DNA from: Myxococcota bacterium
GTDB lineage: Bacteria > Myxococcota_A > Polyangia > Nannocystales > Nannocystaceae
Reading direction: 5' to 3'
DNA: 64,000 nucleotides
Assembly (NCBI GenBank): GCA_039028615.1
Contig: JBCCHT010000044.1
Coordinates: forward strand, 37,815-101,814
This document shows positions 50,384 through 60,659 of the stretch, one piece after another. The notes below the pieces were generated by a model, which saw nothing but the letters and a program-made list of their open reading frames with translations, did not search any database and was not told the origin of the DNA. Numbering within the stretch: position 1 is the stretch's first letter; the number at the start of each line of letters is the position of its first letter. Both the position numbers and the translations under genes were made by a program.

Positions 50384-51643
50384 TCAGAATCGCGGAGCGT
50401 AGCCGATGTCGAAGGTCATCACCAGCGCGGCACCGTCGTCGAGGCCAAAGGTCTCGAACGCCGTTGGCTCCATCGCACAATCGACGTCCTCGCTCATGAG
50501 GCCGCCCGGGGTTCCCCCGGAGAACGCGGCGAGACCCGGCCCGGCGCGCAGGGAAATCTCGTGGTTGCGTCGCGGACCGAGCAGCGCGGCGAAGTAGAAG
50601 CGAGCCCCCGACCACAGGCCGTTGCGGCGGCTGGCTTCGCGGCCATCGCTACACGGCAGCGGGTTGTCGCCATCGTGGACCAAGGCCTGGCTGGCCATCC
50701 CGATCATGCCCCCGCCGCCGATCTCGAAGCGACCGCCGCTGCCCACCGGGTGGCGATACTCGACGAAGATGACCGCGGTGCCGGTCGACAGTCGATGTTG
50801 CGTCTGGCTGGAGACGAGCTGGGGCTGCAGCGAAAGCTCGCCGCCCAGCGAGATGCGACGCCCGGGGCCGAGGAACGCGTTGCCCCGCAGGCCGATGCCG
50901 AGGCTCGGGGCGGCGCTCAGCTGGTCGCTGGCCGCGAGCTGCGACGGGCTACTGCTCGTGAGCGGGATGAACACGCCGAAGCGCCCCAAGGGACCCACCG
51001 GGCGAGGCATCGGCGTCGGTGGATCTTCGAGTGGCGGGTCGTCGACGACCTCGTCTTCGGCGGGCGGGTCGTCGGTGGTCTCGTCGCCCGGCGGCTCGGG
51101 TTCGGCCGGGAGCTCGGGCTCGGCGGGCGAGCCGTCGTTCCAGTCGTCGGCGAAGCCGGGCGCGTCGGGGAGCGCATCGGGCTCGACCCGCTCGATGGTC
51201 CACGGCTCGGAGGCGTCGTTCCGCGTGGTGCCGCCGAGGGCATGGATCATGCCCATGACTCTCTCGGCGTCCGCGGCTTCCGGGGCGGCCTGGAGGTAGC
51301 GATCGTACGACGCGACCGCACCCGCTCGATGGCGCTCGTAGATCTCGGAGCCCGGCTCGTAGACGCTCAGCAGCCGGTGGTGACACACGCCGATGTTGAA
51401 GTGCAGCTTGGCCGAAGGCAGGTGGTACTGGGCCTGCTCGTAGTGAACGATGGCCGCCTCGTAGTTGCCTTCTTTCGTCGCGGCTCGGGCCCGGTCGAGC
51501 GCAGCCTTGGCGCGCTCGGATGCATCGGGTTGCGCGGGCGGCTCGGCCTGGGCGAGGGGGGCAGCCGCGAGCTCACCGATCCCGAGGACGAGCCCGACGA
51601 TGGCCAGGCGCCGCCGCAGATGCACCGCGTTCACGGCTCCCAC
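50384..51643 (-). CDS. Exported TPR + Pro-rich + putative beta-barrel protein
   Basis: Signal peptide; GNYEAAI.HYEQA...LHFNIGVC..YL..AP TPR; C-terminal IGYAPRF. Confidence 0.7.
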   Translation of the reverse strand: MGAVNAVHLRRRLAIVGLVLGIGELAAAPLAQAEPPAQPDASERAKAALDRARAATKEGNYEAAIVHYEQAQYHLPSAKLHFNIGVCHHRLLSVYEPGSEIYERHRAGAVASYDRYLQAAPEAADAERVMGMIHALGGTTRNDASEPWTIERVEPDALPDAPGFADDWNDGSPAEPELPAEPEPPGDETTDDPPAEDEVVDDPPLEDPPTPMPRPVGPLGRFGVFIPLTSSSPSQLAASDQLSAAPSLGIGLRGNAFLGPGRRISLGGELSLQPQLVSSQTQHRLSTGTAVIFVEYRHPVGSGGRFEIGGGGMIGMASQALVHDGDNPLPCSDGREASRRNGLWSGARFYFAALLGPRRNHEISLRAGPGLAAFSGGTPGGLMSEDVDCAMEPTAFETFGLDDGAALVMTFDIGYAPRF

Positions 51644-51685
51644 CGTAGCAGCTGGTCCGACCCGGCGCCTCCGGTCATCCGGTGA

Positions 51686-53296
51686 CTAGGTGCCCGTGGG
51701 CGGAGGCGGAAGCTCGCCGGGAACCGGCGGAAGCGGCGAGCTGTCGGTCTTCGAGGAGGCCGCGGCTTTGCTCTGGGTGCCGGGCGGAGGCGTTCCGCCG
51801 TCGCCCTTGGCCGAGGCCGCGGAGCCCTTGGTGCCGTCGCCGGTCTTGGTGGCCGACGAGGTCAGCAGCGCACCGCTGGGGTCGCGCTCGGGCAGTACCA
51901 ACGCGTCGGGTTGCAGCCGGGCGTCTCGCTGGCGGGCGATCTCGGCCCGACGCTGCAAGTAGATCTGCACCAGTCGACGACCCGCGTAGTGAGCCTTGAT
52001 GCGCCACTTGGGCTCGTTGGCCAGCAGCACCGCAAAGGCAATCTCGGGGTTGTCGGCGGGGGCGTAGCCGATGAACCAGTTGTAGTTGAGCGCGGGCGAG
52101 CGCTTGCCGGTCAGGCTTCCCGTCTTGGCCGCCACCGCGACGCCGGGCACGTAGTCGTTGCCCTGGGTGTCACGGAAGCTCTTGCGAGCGGTGCCGTCGC
52201 GGGTCGTGCCGACCATCATCTGTCCGACCGCGGTGGCCACGTCGCGGGCGAGCACGCGCTGGGACTTGGAACGGGCTGGGCTGAGGTCGCTGCCGTCGGG
52301 GCCGATGACCTGCGCGATGACGTGCGGGGGCTGGTACACGCCGCCGCGGGCAAAGATGCTGGCGATGATCGCCCCGTGCATCGGGCTGAGGTCGATGTTC
52401 CAGAACCCCGCCGCGACCTTGGCCCGCTCGACGGGGTCGGCGGGGATGTGGGCCGGGCTGCGCTCGACCGGGATGTCGAAGGGAATCTCGCTCTCGAACT
52501 GCATGGTCTTGGCCATGCCGAGCAAGGTGTCCTGCGGCAGGTGTCGCATCGCCAGCTTGGCGATGACCAGGTTGTAGCTGTGGGCGACCGCGTTGGAGAG
52601 CGTCTCGCAGCGCGTGTCTCGGGCGGGGTCGTCTCGAAGCGCGTCGTCTTCGATCCCGTGCAGACCACCGTGGAAGCACACCCGGCTCGTCGGCGTCGCG
52701 GCCTGCGAGTCCAGCAGCGCGGCCGTGGTGATGAGCTTGAAGGTCGACGCGGCGGGAGCCCACGCGGCGGTGGCCACCTCGAGCGGATCGACCGAGGGAT
52801 CCATGGAGGAGTGCCCGGCCAAGGCGAGGACCGAGTTGTCGTGCAGATCGAGCATGACCGCGGCTGCGTAAGGCACTTCGCGGTTGCGGAAGATCGTCAG
52901 GGCCGAGTCCTGGAGGACCGGGTCCAATGTGAGCAAGATCCGGTGCCCGTCGTTGATGTCCTGCACCAAGCGGGCATTTTCTGGATCGACCACCACCTCG
53001 GTGAGTGCCGCACCTTCATCGCCGGCGGGCGCCTCGGGGGCGGCCCCAGGGGTGGGGGTGGGCCCGAAGGGGCGAAGCGTCGCCGCGTTCAGGTCCAGTC
53101 GATCTTGCCAAGGCAGGGTCGGAGACGCGGGTTCTTCGACGACCTCTGGGAGAATCGTCGCCGTCTTCCGTACCTCGTCTCGGGCCTGCGGGACCTCCTG
53201 CTGCTGCACGTAGAAGGCGATCGCGCCCAGCGAGCCGAGAAAGAAGAGCGCGCCAAGGCCGCCCACGCGTCCCCGGGTGGTGCGAGGGTCAGACAC
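51686..53296 (-). CDS. Penicillin-binding transpeptidase domain protein
   Basis: SxxK (ASTFK), SxN (HSYN), KTG (AKTGS), WFIGYAP..NPEIAFAV; N-terminal TM. Confidence 0.9.
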   Translation of the reverse strand: MSDPRTTRGRVGGLGALFFLGSLGAIAFYVQQQEVPQARDEVRKTATILPEVVEEPASPTLPWQDRLDLNAATLRPFGPTPTPGAAPEAPAGDEGAALTEVVVDPENARLVQDINDGHRILLTLDPVLQDSALTIFRNREVPYAAAVMLDLHDNSVLALAGHSSMDPSVDPLEVATAAWAPAASTFKLITTAALLDSQAATPTSRVCFHGGLHGIEDDALRDDPARDTRCETLSNAVAHSYNLVIAKLAMRHLPQDTLLGMAKTMQFESEIPFDIPVERSPAHIPADPVERAKVAAGFWNIDLSPMHGAIIASIFARGGVYQPPHVIAQVIGPDGSDLSPARSKSQRVLARDVATAVGQMMVGTTRDGTARKSFRDTQGNDYVPGVAVAAKTGSLTGKRSPALNYNWFIGYAPADNPEIAFAVLLANEPKWRIKAHYAGRRLVQIYLQRRAEIARQRDARLQPDALVLPERDPSGALLTSSATKTGDGTKGSAASAKGDGGTPPPGTQSKAAASSKTDSSPLPPVPGELPPPPTGT

Positions 53297-53574
53297 GAGA
53301 TCGCCCTATAGCAAGCGGTCGAGATCCGGGCAAAAACCCGGCATCCGCTGGGGCCCTGCGCCCCAGCGGTGCGCTCAACTGCGTCCGTGGAGGCCTTGGG
53401 CGTTGTTCCGAGGCACGTGCCGATACCCGCCTACATTGTGGGGGGCTGAGTGACCTCACCTGGTCAGCCATCCGCGGTCCTCTCCGCAAAATGGTATCCC
53501 CGTGTGCCACAGGTTCCGTTGGCGGGGTCCCCCTGCTAACCTGGTCCACCGACGACGAAGCCAGCTCGATAGGC

Positions 53575-54471
53575 ATGCGCGACGAAACAATCGTCACCGT
53601 CATCCACAAGGTGGAAGACACGGGCATAACCCGCCGGAAGAAGGACGCCTGCATCGTCGTCATCTACGGTGCGGAGCTTGGCCGTAAATACAACATCGAA
53701 GGGCGCGAGATGACCATCGGTCGCGCCACGGTGAACGATATTTGCGTCAGCCAAGATTCCGTATCGCGGACGCACGCGACGATTCAGGCCGACGACAGCG
53801 GGGTGAAGATCAAGGACAACGAGTCCACCAACGGGACTTACGTCAACGATCACAAGATCCACGAGGCCTACTTGAAGGACGGCGACCTCATCAAGGTCGG
53901 CCGCTCCATCTTCAAGTTCCTCACCGGCGACAACATCGAGAGCTCGTACCACGAGGAGATTTACCGGCTCTCCACGGTCGACGGGCTCACCCAGATCTTC
54001 AACAAGCGCTACTTCACCGAGACCCTCGAGCGCGAGCTGTCTCGGGCCCGTCGCTACGACCGGCCGCTGGCGCTGATGATGTTCGACCTCGATCACTTCA
54101 AGCGCTGCAACGACACCTTTGGCCACCGCGCCGGGGACCACGTGCTGCGCCAGGTGGCCGAGATGGTCCGCGACCGCTCCCGCAAGGTCGACGTCGTCGC
54201 CCGCTACGGCGGCGAAGAGTTCGCGGTCATCCTCCCCGAGATCGACCTGCACGGTGCGGCCCGCTTCGCCGAGGTCATCCGCAAGATGGTCGAGGACACC
54301 AGCTTCGTGTTCGAAGGGCGGCAAATCCCGCTGACCATCTCCATCGGGGTGGCCGAGCTCGAGCCGCACATCGCCAACGCGGACGATCTCATCCAGATCG
54401 CCGACGCACGCCTGTACCGAGCCAAACAGCTTGGCCGCAACCAGGTCGTGTTCGTCGATGCCGACGGCTGA
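53575..54471 (+). CDS. FHA-domain diguanylate cyclase
   Basis: FHA IGR...VSRTHA...STNGTYVN; DGLT..FNKRYF, DLDHFK..ND.FGH..GD, RKVD I-site, GGEEF. Confidence 0.95.
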   Translation: MRDETIVTVIHKVEDTGITRRKKDACIVVIYGAELGRKYNIEGREMTIGRATVNDICVSQDSVSRTHATIQADDSGVKIKDNESTNGTYVNDHKIHEAYLKDGDLIKVGRSIFKFLTGDNIESSYHEEIYRLSTVDGLTQIFNKRYFTETLERELSRARRYDRPLALMMFDLDHFKRCNDTFGHRAGDHVLRQVAEMVRDRSRKVDVVARYGGEEFAVILPEIDLHGAARFAEVIRKMVEDTSFVFEGRQIPLTISIGVAELEPHIANADDLIQIADARLYRAKQLGRNQVVFVDADG

Positions 54472-56392
54472 AATCGAGGACCCCGGCGTCGCCGGACCTC
54501 CGCGAATCGAGCGACTGGGCTCGGCGCTGGCCGATCAGATCGCGGCGGGCGAGGTCGTCGAGCGGCCGGCGTCGGTCGTCAAGGAACTGCTCGAGAACTC
54601 GATCGACGCCGGATCGCGACGCGTTCGAATCGAGCTACAAGACGCTGGCGTCGCGTCGATCGTGGTCATCGACGACGGGCACGGCATTCGTCCCGACGAC
54701 CTCGAGCTGGCAGTCACACGCCACGCGACGAGCAAGGTGCGGCAGCCGGAGGACCTCGTCGAGATCAGTACGCTGGGGTTTCGGGGCGAGGCGCTGGCCA
54801 GCATGGCCGCGGTGGCCTACCTGCGGATCTGTAGCCGCACGCGAGACTCCGATCGTGGCACCGAGCTGACCTGCCGACCCGGTCTCCCGCCCGAGCGGGG
54901 CACGGTGGGCATGCCGGTCGGCACCCGCATCGAGATTCGCAACCTGTTCGGCAACGTGCCCGCGCGTCGCAAGTTCTTGCGGAGCGAGGCGACCGAGCTG
55001 GGGCACATCACGCAGACGGTGCTGCGGGTCGGGCTGGTGCAGCCGCACGTCAGCCTCTCGGTGCAGCACGGTCATCGTCGGTTGCTCGAGCTTTCGTCGG
55101 GGAGTGCCGCGCATCGGGTGGAGCAGGTGCTCGCACGAGGGCACCGCGGGCCGCTGCGGCATGTGCAGGGCGAGCACGACGGGATCGGGGTCGAGGCCTG
55201 GATGGCGCCGGCCGACGCGTCGCTGCGCAATCGCAGCGGGCTGCACGTCGTCGTCCGCCAACGGGTCGTACGCGAGCCGAACATCGCCCGCATCGTGGCC
55301 GCCAGCTACGGCGAGACGATGCCCGGACGGCACCCGGTCGCGGTGGTGATGGTCGAGCCGCCGCACGGGCAGGTCGACGTCAACGTGCACCCGCAGAAGG
55401 CGGAGATTCGCTTCGGGGAGCCGCAGCGGGTCTACGCTGCGGTGCGAGCGGTGCTGGGGCGTCCCTCCGACGAGGCGGCGACGGGCGAGGCACCGGTCGA
55501 AGCTGTCGCGCCAGCGTCGGCATCTCTGGCGCGGCCCGATCTCAGCGCTGCGCTCGATCGCTGGGCCCAGGCGGCGGCCGTACCTGTCGCACGCGAGCCG
55601 TCTCCGGGCTATCGGCTCAAGACGCGGGCGGCGAGTCCCGACTATCGCGAGACCCGACAGTCCCTGCGCGACGAAGCCGGCGTGCTGCACCAGGCATGGC
55701 GTGACGATCGAGCGCCCGACCCGACGGCTCCGGTGGTCCCGTTGCCATCGCCGCCCCCCGGCACCGAGCCGACCGAAGCGGAAACACCCGCGCCTGCGCC
55801 CGATCCCGGCCCCGAGTACCTCGGCTGCCTGCCGGGCCCCGTGGGGTTGTTCCGAGCGCAGGGCGACCTGCTCGCGGTCGACCTCAAGGCGCTGCGCAGT
55901 CACTTGGTGCTGCTTCGCCTCAAGCGAGACATCGGCGGCGGCGATGTCTCGGCGCAAGGCTTGCTCGCCCCGATCGTCGTCAAGCTGCCCCCGGCCGACG
56001 TCGCCCAGTGCGTGGCGGGGCAGGGGGCGCTGACCAAGCTCGGGCTGCACCTCGAGGCGTTCGGTGAAGACGCGGTCATCGTGCGTGCCGTACCCGCGTC
56101 GCTTCGCCACTGCATCGGGGAGCCCGACGTCGCCGACCTCGTGCGGCGTGTCCTGCCGTGGCTACGCGTGCGCGCCCGGTCGGCAAAGGGAACCGACGCC
56201 GAGTCGGGAGCCGAGGCCTGGGACGATGCCATGGCCGCCATGGCTCAGACCGGCGCGCCCGATCCTGCGCCTCGTCTCGCCCGCCGCTGGCTTCGCGAGC
56301 TCGTCGAGGAAGGCGCGGTGCTCGAGCAGGTGCCCGGCGTCGTGCGATGGACTCCCGGCGCCCTGACCCGATCCGAGAGCGGCCGTGGCTGA
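54458..56392 (+). CDS. mutL: DNA mismatch repair protein MutL (C-terminal endonuclease motifs degenerate)
   Basis: QIAAGEVVERPASVVKELLENSIDAG, HATSK, LGFRGEALAS, PARRKFL, VDVNVHP.K.EIRF. Confidence 0.93.
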   Translation: MPTAEIEDPGVAGPPRIERLGSALADQIAAGEVVERPASVVKELLENSIDAGSRRVRIELQDAGVASIVVIDDGHGIRPDDLELAVTRHATSKVRQPEDLVEISTLGFRGEALASMAAVAYLRICSRTRDSDRGTELTCRPGLPPERGTVGMPVGTRIEIRNLFGNVPARRKFLRSEATELGHITQTVLRVGLVQPHVSLSVQHGHRRLLELSSGSAAHRVEQVLARGHRGPLRHVQGEHDGIGVEAWMAPADASLRNRSGLHVVVRQRVVREPNIARIVAASYGETMPGRHPVAVVMVEPPHGQVDVNVHPQKAEIRFGEPQRVYAAVRAVLGRPSDEAATGEAPVEAVAPASASLARPDLSAALDRWAQAAAVPVAREPSPGYRLKTRAASPDYRETRQSLRDEAGVLHQAWRDDRAPDPTAPVVPLPSPPPGTEPTEAETPAPAPDPGPEYLGCLPGPVGLFRAQGDLLAVDLKALRSHLVLLRLKRDIGGGDVSAQGLLAPIVVKLPPADVAQCVAGQGALTKLGLHLEAFGEDAVIVRAVPASLRHCIGEPDVADLVRRVLPWLRVRARSAKGTDAESGAEAWDDAMAAMAQTGAPDPAPRLARRWLRELVEEGAVLEQVPGVVRWTPGALTRSESGRG

Positions 56393-57329
56393 GTCCGCTG
56401 TGCTGCCACGCGTGGTGGCGATCATCGGTCCTACCGGCTCGGGCAAGGCGGCGCTCGGTCGCGAGGCCGCGCGTCGACTCTCGCTCCCCGTGCTGGTGTG
56501 CGACTCGGTCAAGGTCTACCGCGGGCTCGACATCGGTAGCGCCAAGCCGACCGCCGAGCATCGAGCCGCGGTGCGCCACGAATTGCTCGACCTGGTCGAT
56601 CCCGACGAGACGTTCTCGGCCGGCGACTATGCGCGACACGCTGCCCCACACCTCCGCGACGGTCGGGCGCTATTCGTCGGAGGGACCGGGTTTTATCTGC
56701 GGGCCGTGGGGTGGACGCACTCGAGCGGAGTGGGAGGCGTCGACCTTCCGCCCGACGATCCGCAGCGCGTCGCCTTCGATGAGCGTTGGCAGCAGCGTGA
56801 ACGCGACGACGCAGGTGCGTTGCATCGCGCCCTGACCGCCCTCGACGCGGACACGGCCGCTTCGATCCATCCCAACAATCATGTGCGCTTGCTCCGGGCG
56901 CTTTGGCTGTGTGAACGCACGGGCGGACCAATCAGCGCCGCTCGGCAAGCCGACCCACCGCGGGCCTGCGTTCGCCTGCTGCTGGTGGTGGTCGAGCCCC
57001 CGCCCGAGATCCTCGAACATCGCCTGCGCGCAAGGCTCGATCGCATGCTGACCGCGGGGTGGTTGCGCGAGGTCGAAAAGCTCCGGGAGGCCGGCTATGA
57101 TGCGCGCCACAAGGCCATGCGGAGCCTCGGTTATCGGCAGCTACTGGACGTCTTGGAGGGGCACGACACCCTGGCGGACGCGCGCGAGAAAATCCTCGTG
57201 GCCACCCGTCAGTACGCCCGCCGTCAGCGGACCTACATCCGCACCCAGTTGCCTGCCGAACAGACCATCACCCTCCGCGATCCCTCCGACTGCCCCTGGG
57301 AGCAGGTCGAGGGCTTCCTTCACGAATAG
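56385..57329 (+). CDS. miaA: tRNA dimethylallyltransferase
   Basis: GPTGSGK, DS..VYRGLDIGSAKP, VGGTGFYL, SLGYRQ, TRQYARRQRT; follows mutL. Confidence 0.95.
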   Translation: MAESAVLPRVVAIIGPTGSGKAALGREAARRLSLPVLVCDSVKVYRGLDIGSAKPTAEHRAAVRHELLDLVDPDETFSAGDYARHAAPHLRDGRALFVGGTGFYLRAVGWTHSSGVGGVDLPPDDPQRVAFDERWQQRERDDAGALHRALTALDADTAASIHPNNHVRLLRALWLCERTGGPISAARQADPPRACVRLLLVVVEPPPEILEHRLRARLDRMLTAGWLREVEKLREAGYDARHKAMRSLGYRQLLDVLEGHDTLADAREKILVATRQYARRQRTYIRTQLPAEQTITLRDPSDCPWEQVEGFLHE

Positions 57330-57335
57330 TTCGCC

Positions 57336-58295
57336 ATGAGCACGAAGGTCCTGGAATTCGAGCGCCCCATCGTTGAGCTCGAGGGCAAGATCAAGGAACT
57401 CAAGCACCTCAGCGGAGGTAGCGAAGAGATGGCCGCCGAGATCGAGCGGCTCGAGCTCAAGGCTCAGCAACTGAGCCGCAAGCGGTTCGCCAAGCTCTCC
57501 CCGTGGGAGCAGGTCCAGCTCGCCAAGCATCCCGATCGGCCCTACAGCCTCGACTACATCGGAGAGATCACCGAGGAGTTCATGCTCCTGCAGGGCGATC
57601 GTGCCTACTCCGACGACCCCGCGATCGTGGGCGGCCTGTGCCGCCTCGGCGAGCGGGTGGTGATGGTCATCGGCCACCAAAAGGGCCGCAACACCAAGGA
57701 AAACCTCTACCGCAACTTCGGGATGGCGCGCCCGGAGGGCTACCGCAAGGCGCAGCGGCTCATGAAGCTCGCGGCCCAGTGCGGTCACCCCATCCTCTGC
57801 TTCATCGATACCGCGGGGGCGTACCCCGGCATCGGGGCCGAGGAGCGAGGGCAGAGCGAGGCCATCGCATCGTCGCTCGAGATGATGGCGCAGCTGCCCG
57901 TGCCCACGATCTCGCTGGTGATCGGCGAGGGGGGCTCCGGCGGAGCGCTGGCGATCGGCCTGACCGATCGCATCCTCATGCTCGAGCACTCGGTGTACTC
58001 GGTGATCTCGCCCCGCGGCTGCGCGTCGATCCTCTGGAAGGACGCCGAGGCGGAGCAGACGGCCGCCACTCAGCTCAAGCTGACCGCACTCGATCTCAAG
58101 ACGCTCGGCATCTGCGACGAGATCATTCCCGAGGCGGTGGGAGGGGCGCATCGCGGCTTCACCCAGACCGCGGCCGCGGTCGCGGAGACGCTCGAACGGC
58201 ATCTGGCCGAGCTGACGGCGATGTCGGTGGATGAATTGGTGCAGGCGCGCTACGACAAGTTCCGAAACATCGGCCACCTCGAGCAAGAGGCTTGA
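57336..58295 (+). CDS. accA: Acetyl-CoA carboxylase carboxyltransferase alpha subunit
   Basis: LEFERPI, HPDRPY, GHQKGR, FGMARPEGYRKA, DTAGAYPGIGAEERGQ, GEGGSGGA. Confidence 0.97.
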   Translation: MSTKVLEFERPIVELEGKIKELKHLSGGSEEMAAEIERLELKAQQLSRKRFAKLSPWEQVQLAKHPDRPYSLDYIGEITEEFMLLQGDRAYSDDPAIVGGLCRLGERVVMVIGHQKGRNTKENLYRNFGMARPEGYRKAQRLMKLAAQCGHPILCFIDTAGAYPGIGAEERGQSEAIASSLEMMAQLPVPTISLVIGEGGSGGALAIGLTDRILMLEHSVYSVISPRGCASILWKDAEAEQTAATQLKLTALDLKTLGICDEIIPEAVGGAHRGFTQTAAAVAETLERHLAELTAMSVDELVQARYDKFRNIGHLEQEA

Positions 58296-58455
58296 GGCCG
58301 GGAACTTCGTTCGAGACCCACGCTACATGCCAAGCACCGCCCCCTGGCCGCACGGCGGCGACCCCGCGTCGCCCGTGCTCGATGCCCCCGTCGCCCACGA
58401 AAGCCGCTGCGTCTGCGCGGGCCGTCGTGGCGTGAGCGTGCAGCGGGCGGTCTAG

Positions 58456-60627
58456 GTGCTGCCGCAACTGGCTCTGCTGGCGGCGATCGTCGTCGGGGTC
58501 AGCTTCGCGGGCTTGGTGCGTCGTCGCGATCCCGGCCAGCGCGGCTACGTCTTTGTCGTCGCCGCGGTGCTCATGCTCAACCTGGCCGCGCTGGTGCAGG
58601 CCGACCGCTTCTTGTCGGTGGTCGCCATCAGCCTGGTCGTGCTCGTCGTGGTGCTGCCGTGGGTCCTCGATGTGCTCGTGCGGATCTGTTTTTCCCGTGA
58701 CCGACTCGCGCTCGCGGTGAGGCTGGCGGGATGGCGCGTGATGTTGATGCCCGGCGCGGGGCTGTCTCGGCAGCAAGGCATCCTGCACGGGCTCGCCGTG
58801 CTCGAGCGCGGCGGGGTCGACGATGCGCTGTCCTACTTTCGCGGGCGGGTGCACGAAGCCGAGGACGAGACCGAGCTTCGGGTGCTGCACGAGCAGATCG
58901 TGTCCATGCTGCTCTACGGTCAGCGCTGGACCGAAGGCATCGCCCACTACGAGGCTCGCTTCCCTCCGGGCTACGCCGCCCAGCGACCTCCGCTGGCGCT
59001 GGGTCTTTTGCGGGCCTACGGCGAGGCCGGCAAGCTCGAGCGCGCGGCGGGTCTTCTGCGCTCCATCGAAGAGCGACTCGGCCACGACCCGCGAGCGGCG
59101 GGCGTCGTCTCGCAGGCTCGGCTCACCTTTCTCGCCTACGCGGGGGTGACCCAGACCGTCGACGCCGCGCTCACCGAGGAACGACGGCGACGTCTGGGGC
59201 TGTCGGCGGCCAGCGGCGCGCTCTTCCGGGGCATCGCGCTCTCACGGGCGGGCTGCCCCGACGAGGCGCAGAGCGAGCTTGCGCGGGTCGAAGGCCTCGC
59301 CAAGGCGCGTGACGGTCGGGTGGTCATGGCCAGTCGCCAGGCCATCGACGAGCTGCCCGGTGAGACCACCGAACTGCCCGACGAGCTGTCGCAGTACGCA
59401 GGCAAGGTCGCCGAGCGCCTCGAGGGCTTCCTGACCGCAACGCCGACCCTGCGGCGCATGGGCCCGCTGCGAGTGACACCGATGCTGCTGGCCGCGCTCG
59501 TGCTCGGCCATCTCGCGCTGCTCGCCCTCGACGGGGGCGGGCCCGGTCTGCTGCGGATGGGCGGGGCCTCGGCGCAGCTGGTGGGCGCGGGCTCATGGGG
59601 CCGCATCGTCACCGGGCTGTTGACCCAGACCGATCCCATCGGCTTGTTGCTCGCGGCCTACGGCATCTGGCTCGGGGCACCGCTGGTCGAGCGGCTCTAT
59701 GGCGCGGGACGGTTGCTCGTGGTGTCGCTGGGCGCAGGCGCGGCGGGTCTGGCCGTCGCGGCCCTCACCGCGCCCGATCCCATCGCCGTGCTCGACGGCA
59801 CCAGCGTGCTCGCGACCGGCGTGGTCATGGCCGCGCTGTGGGTCGTGCTGCTGCCCCGCACCAACCTCCCCGGTCGTACGCGTCGCGTGCTGGCCTTGCC
59901 GCTCGTGCTCGTCCTCGTGGGCATCGGCATCTCCGTTCCGCGCGAGCTGGGCCTGTTGCTCAACCCCGCGGGCCTCGTGGTTGCGGCCGCCATCGGCATC
60001 GCCGCCATCGGTCTCGCGCCGCCGCGGGGTCGTCGGGCGGGCGGGCTGCGGGGTCTCGCCGTCGTGCTGGCCATCGGTGCGCTCGGCAGCGTGGGCATGG
60101 TGGCGGTCGAGGATGCGCGCGCCCAGGTTCGTCAGCCCCAGCGCGAGGTGAAGCTCGACGGGCTCGTGCTCACCGTGCCCTCGCAGCTCGCTCCTCAGCC
60201 CGAAGAAGGGGCCGACGACGAGCGACCCTGGCCGCGCATGCGGGGGCTGTACGATGCGCTGGCCCAGCGGGCGGGCGATCGCGTGCAGGTCCTCGTGGCT
60301 CCCGCCCCGGCCGAGGACGCCCCGTCGGCCCTGCTGCGACTCGACCCCGATCTGTCCCACGAGTACGACGAGGCCGACGTTCCAGCCCCGGCCGAATGGA
60401 CCGAGGTCTACGAGCGCGCGGCCGGCGAGGACGCCGCAGACGCCCTCCGCACCACCATCATGCGGCGCAACGGTCAGGACGTTGCCGTGGTCATCGAGCG
60501 AACCATGGGGACCGGGCCCGACGCGCCCGTGCTCGTTCTGTACGCTGCACCTCCACAGGCTCTGGGCCACGCGCCCGTGCTCTACGCCGACGTCCTCGCC
60601 CACGCGCGACCGGCCACCGCCCCCTGA
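58456..60627 (+). CDS. Multi-TM protein with TPR-like region and degenerate rhomboid domain
   Basis: GSWGRIVTGLL and GAPLVERLYGAGRL resemble rhomboid WR and ER..G motifs; catalytic His not evident. Confidence 0.65.
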   Translation: MLPQLALLAAIVVGVSFAGLVRRRDPGQRGYVFVVAAVLMLNLAALVQADRFLSVVAISLVVLVVVLPWVLDVLVRICFSRDRLALAVRLAGWRVMLMPGAGLSRQQGILHGLAVLERGGVDDALSYFRGRVHEAEDETELRVLHEQIVSMLLYGQRWTEGIAHYEARFPPGYAAQRPPLALGLLRAYGEAGKLERAAGLLRSIEERLGHDPRAAGVVSQARLTFLAYAGVTQTVDAALTEERRRRLGLSAASGALFRGIALSRAGCPDEAQSELARVEGLAKARDGRVVMASRQAIDELPGETTELPDELSQYAGKVAERLEGFLTATPTLRRMGPLRVTPMLLAALVLGHLALLALDGGGPGLLRMGGASAQLVGAGSWGRIVTGLLTQTDPIGLLLAAYGIWLGAPLVERLYGAGRLLVVSLGAGAAGLAVAALTAPDPIAVLDGTSVLATGVVMAALWVVLLPRTNLPGRTRRVLALPLVLVLVGIGISVPRELGLLLNPAGLVVAAAIGIAAIGLAPPRGRRAGGLRGLAVVLAIGALGSVGMVAVEDARAQVRQPQREVKLDGLVLTVPSQLAPQPEEGADDERPWPRMRGLYDALAQRAGDRVQVLVAPAPAEDAPSALLRLDPDLSHEYDEADVPAPAEWTEVYERAAGEDAADALRTTIMRRNGQDVAVVIERTMGTGPDAPVLVLYAAPPQALGHAPVLYADVLAHARPATAP

Positions 60628-60659
60628 GCCATCGCTCGCTATACTGAGCGGGAAGGTCG

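Noticed and set aside
53341..53372. 10-bp perfect hairpin between divergent genes
   Set aside because: Single copy, no U-tract, no supporting context
58231..58460. Short ORF ending in TAG directly before the in-frame GTG of the rhomboid-like gene
   Set aside because: Overlaps accA, has no recognisable content, likely chance
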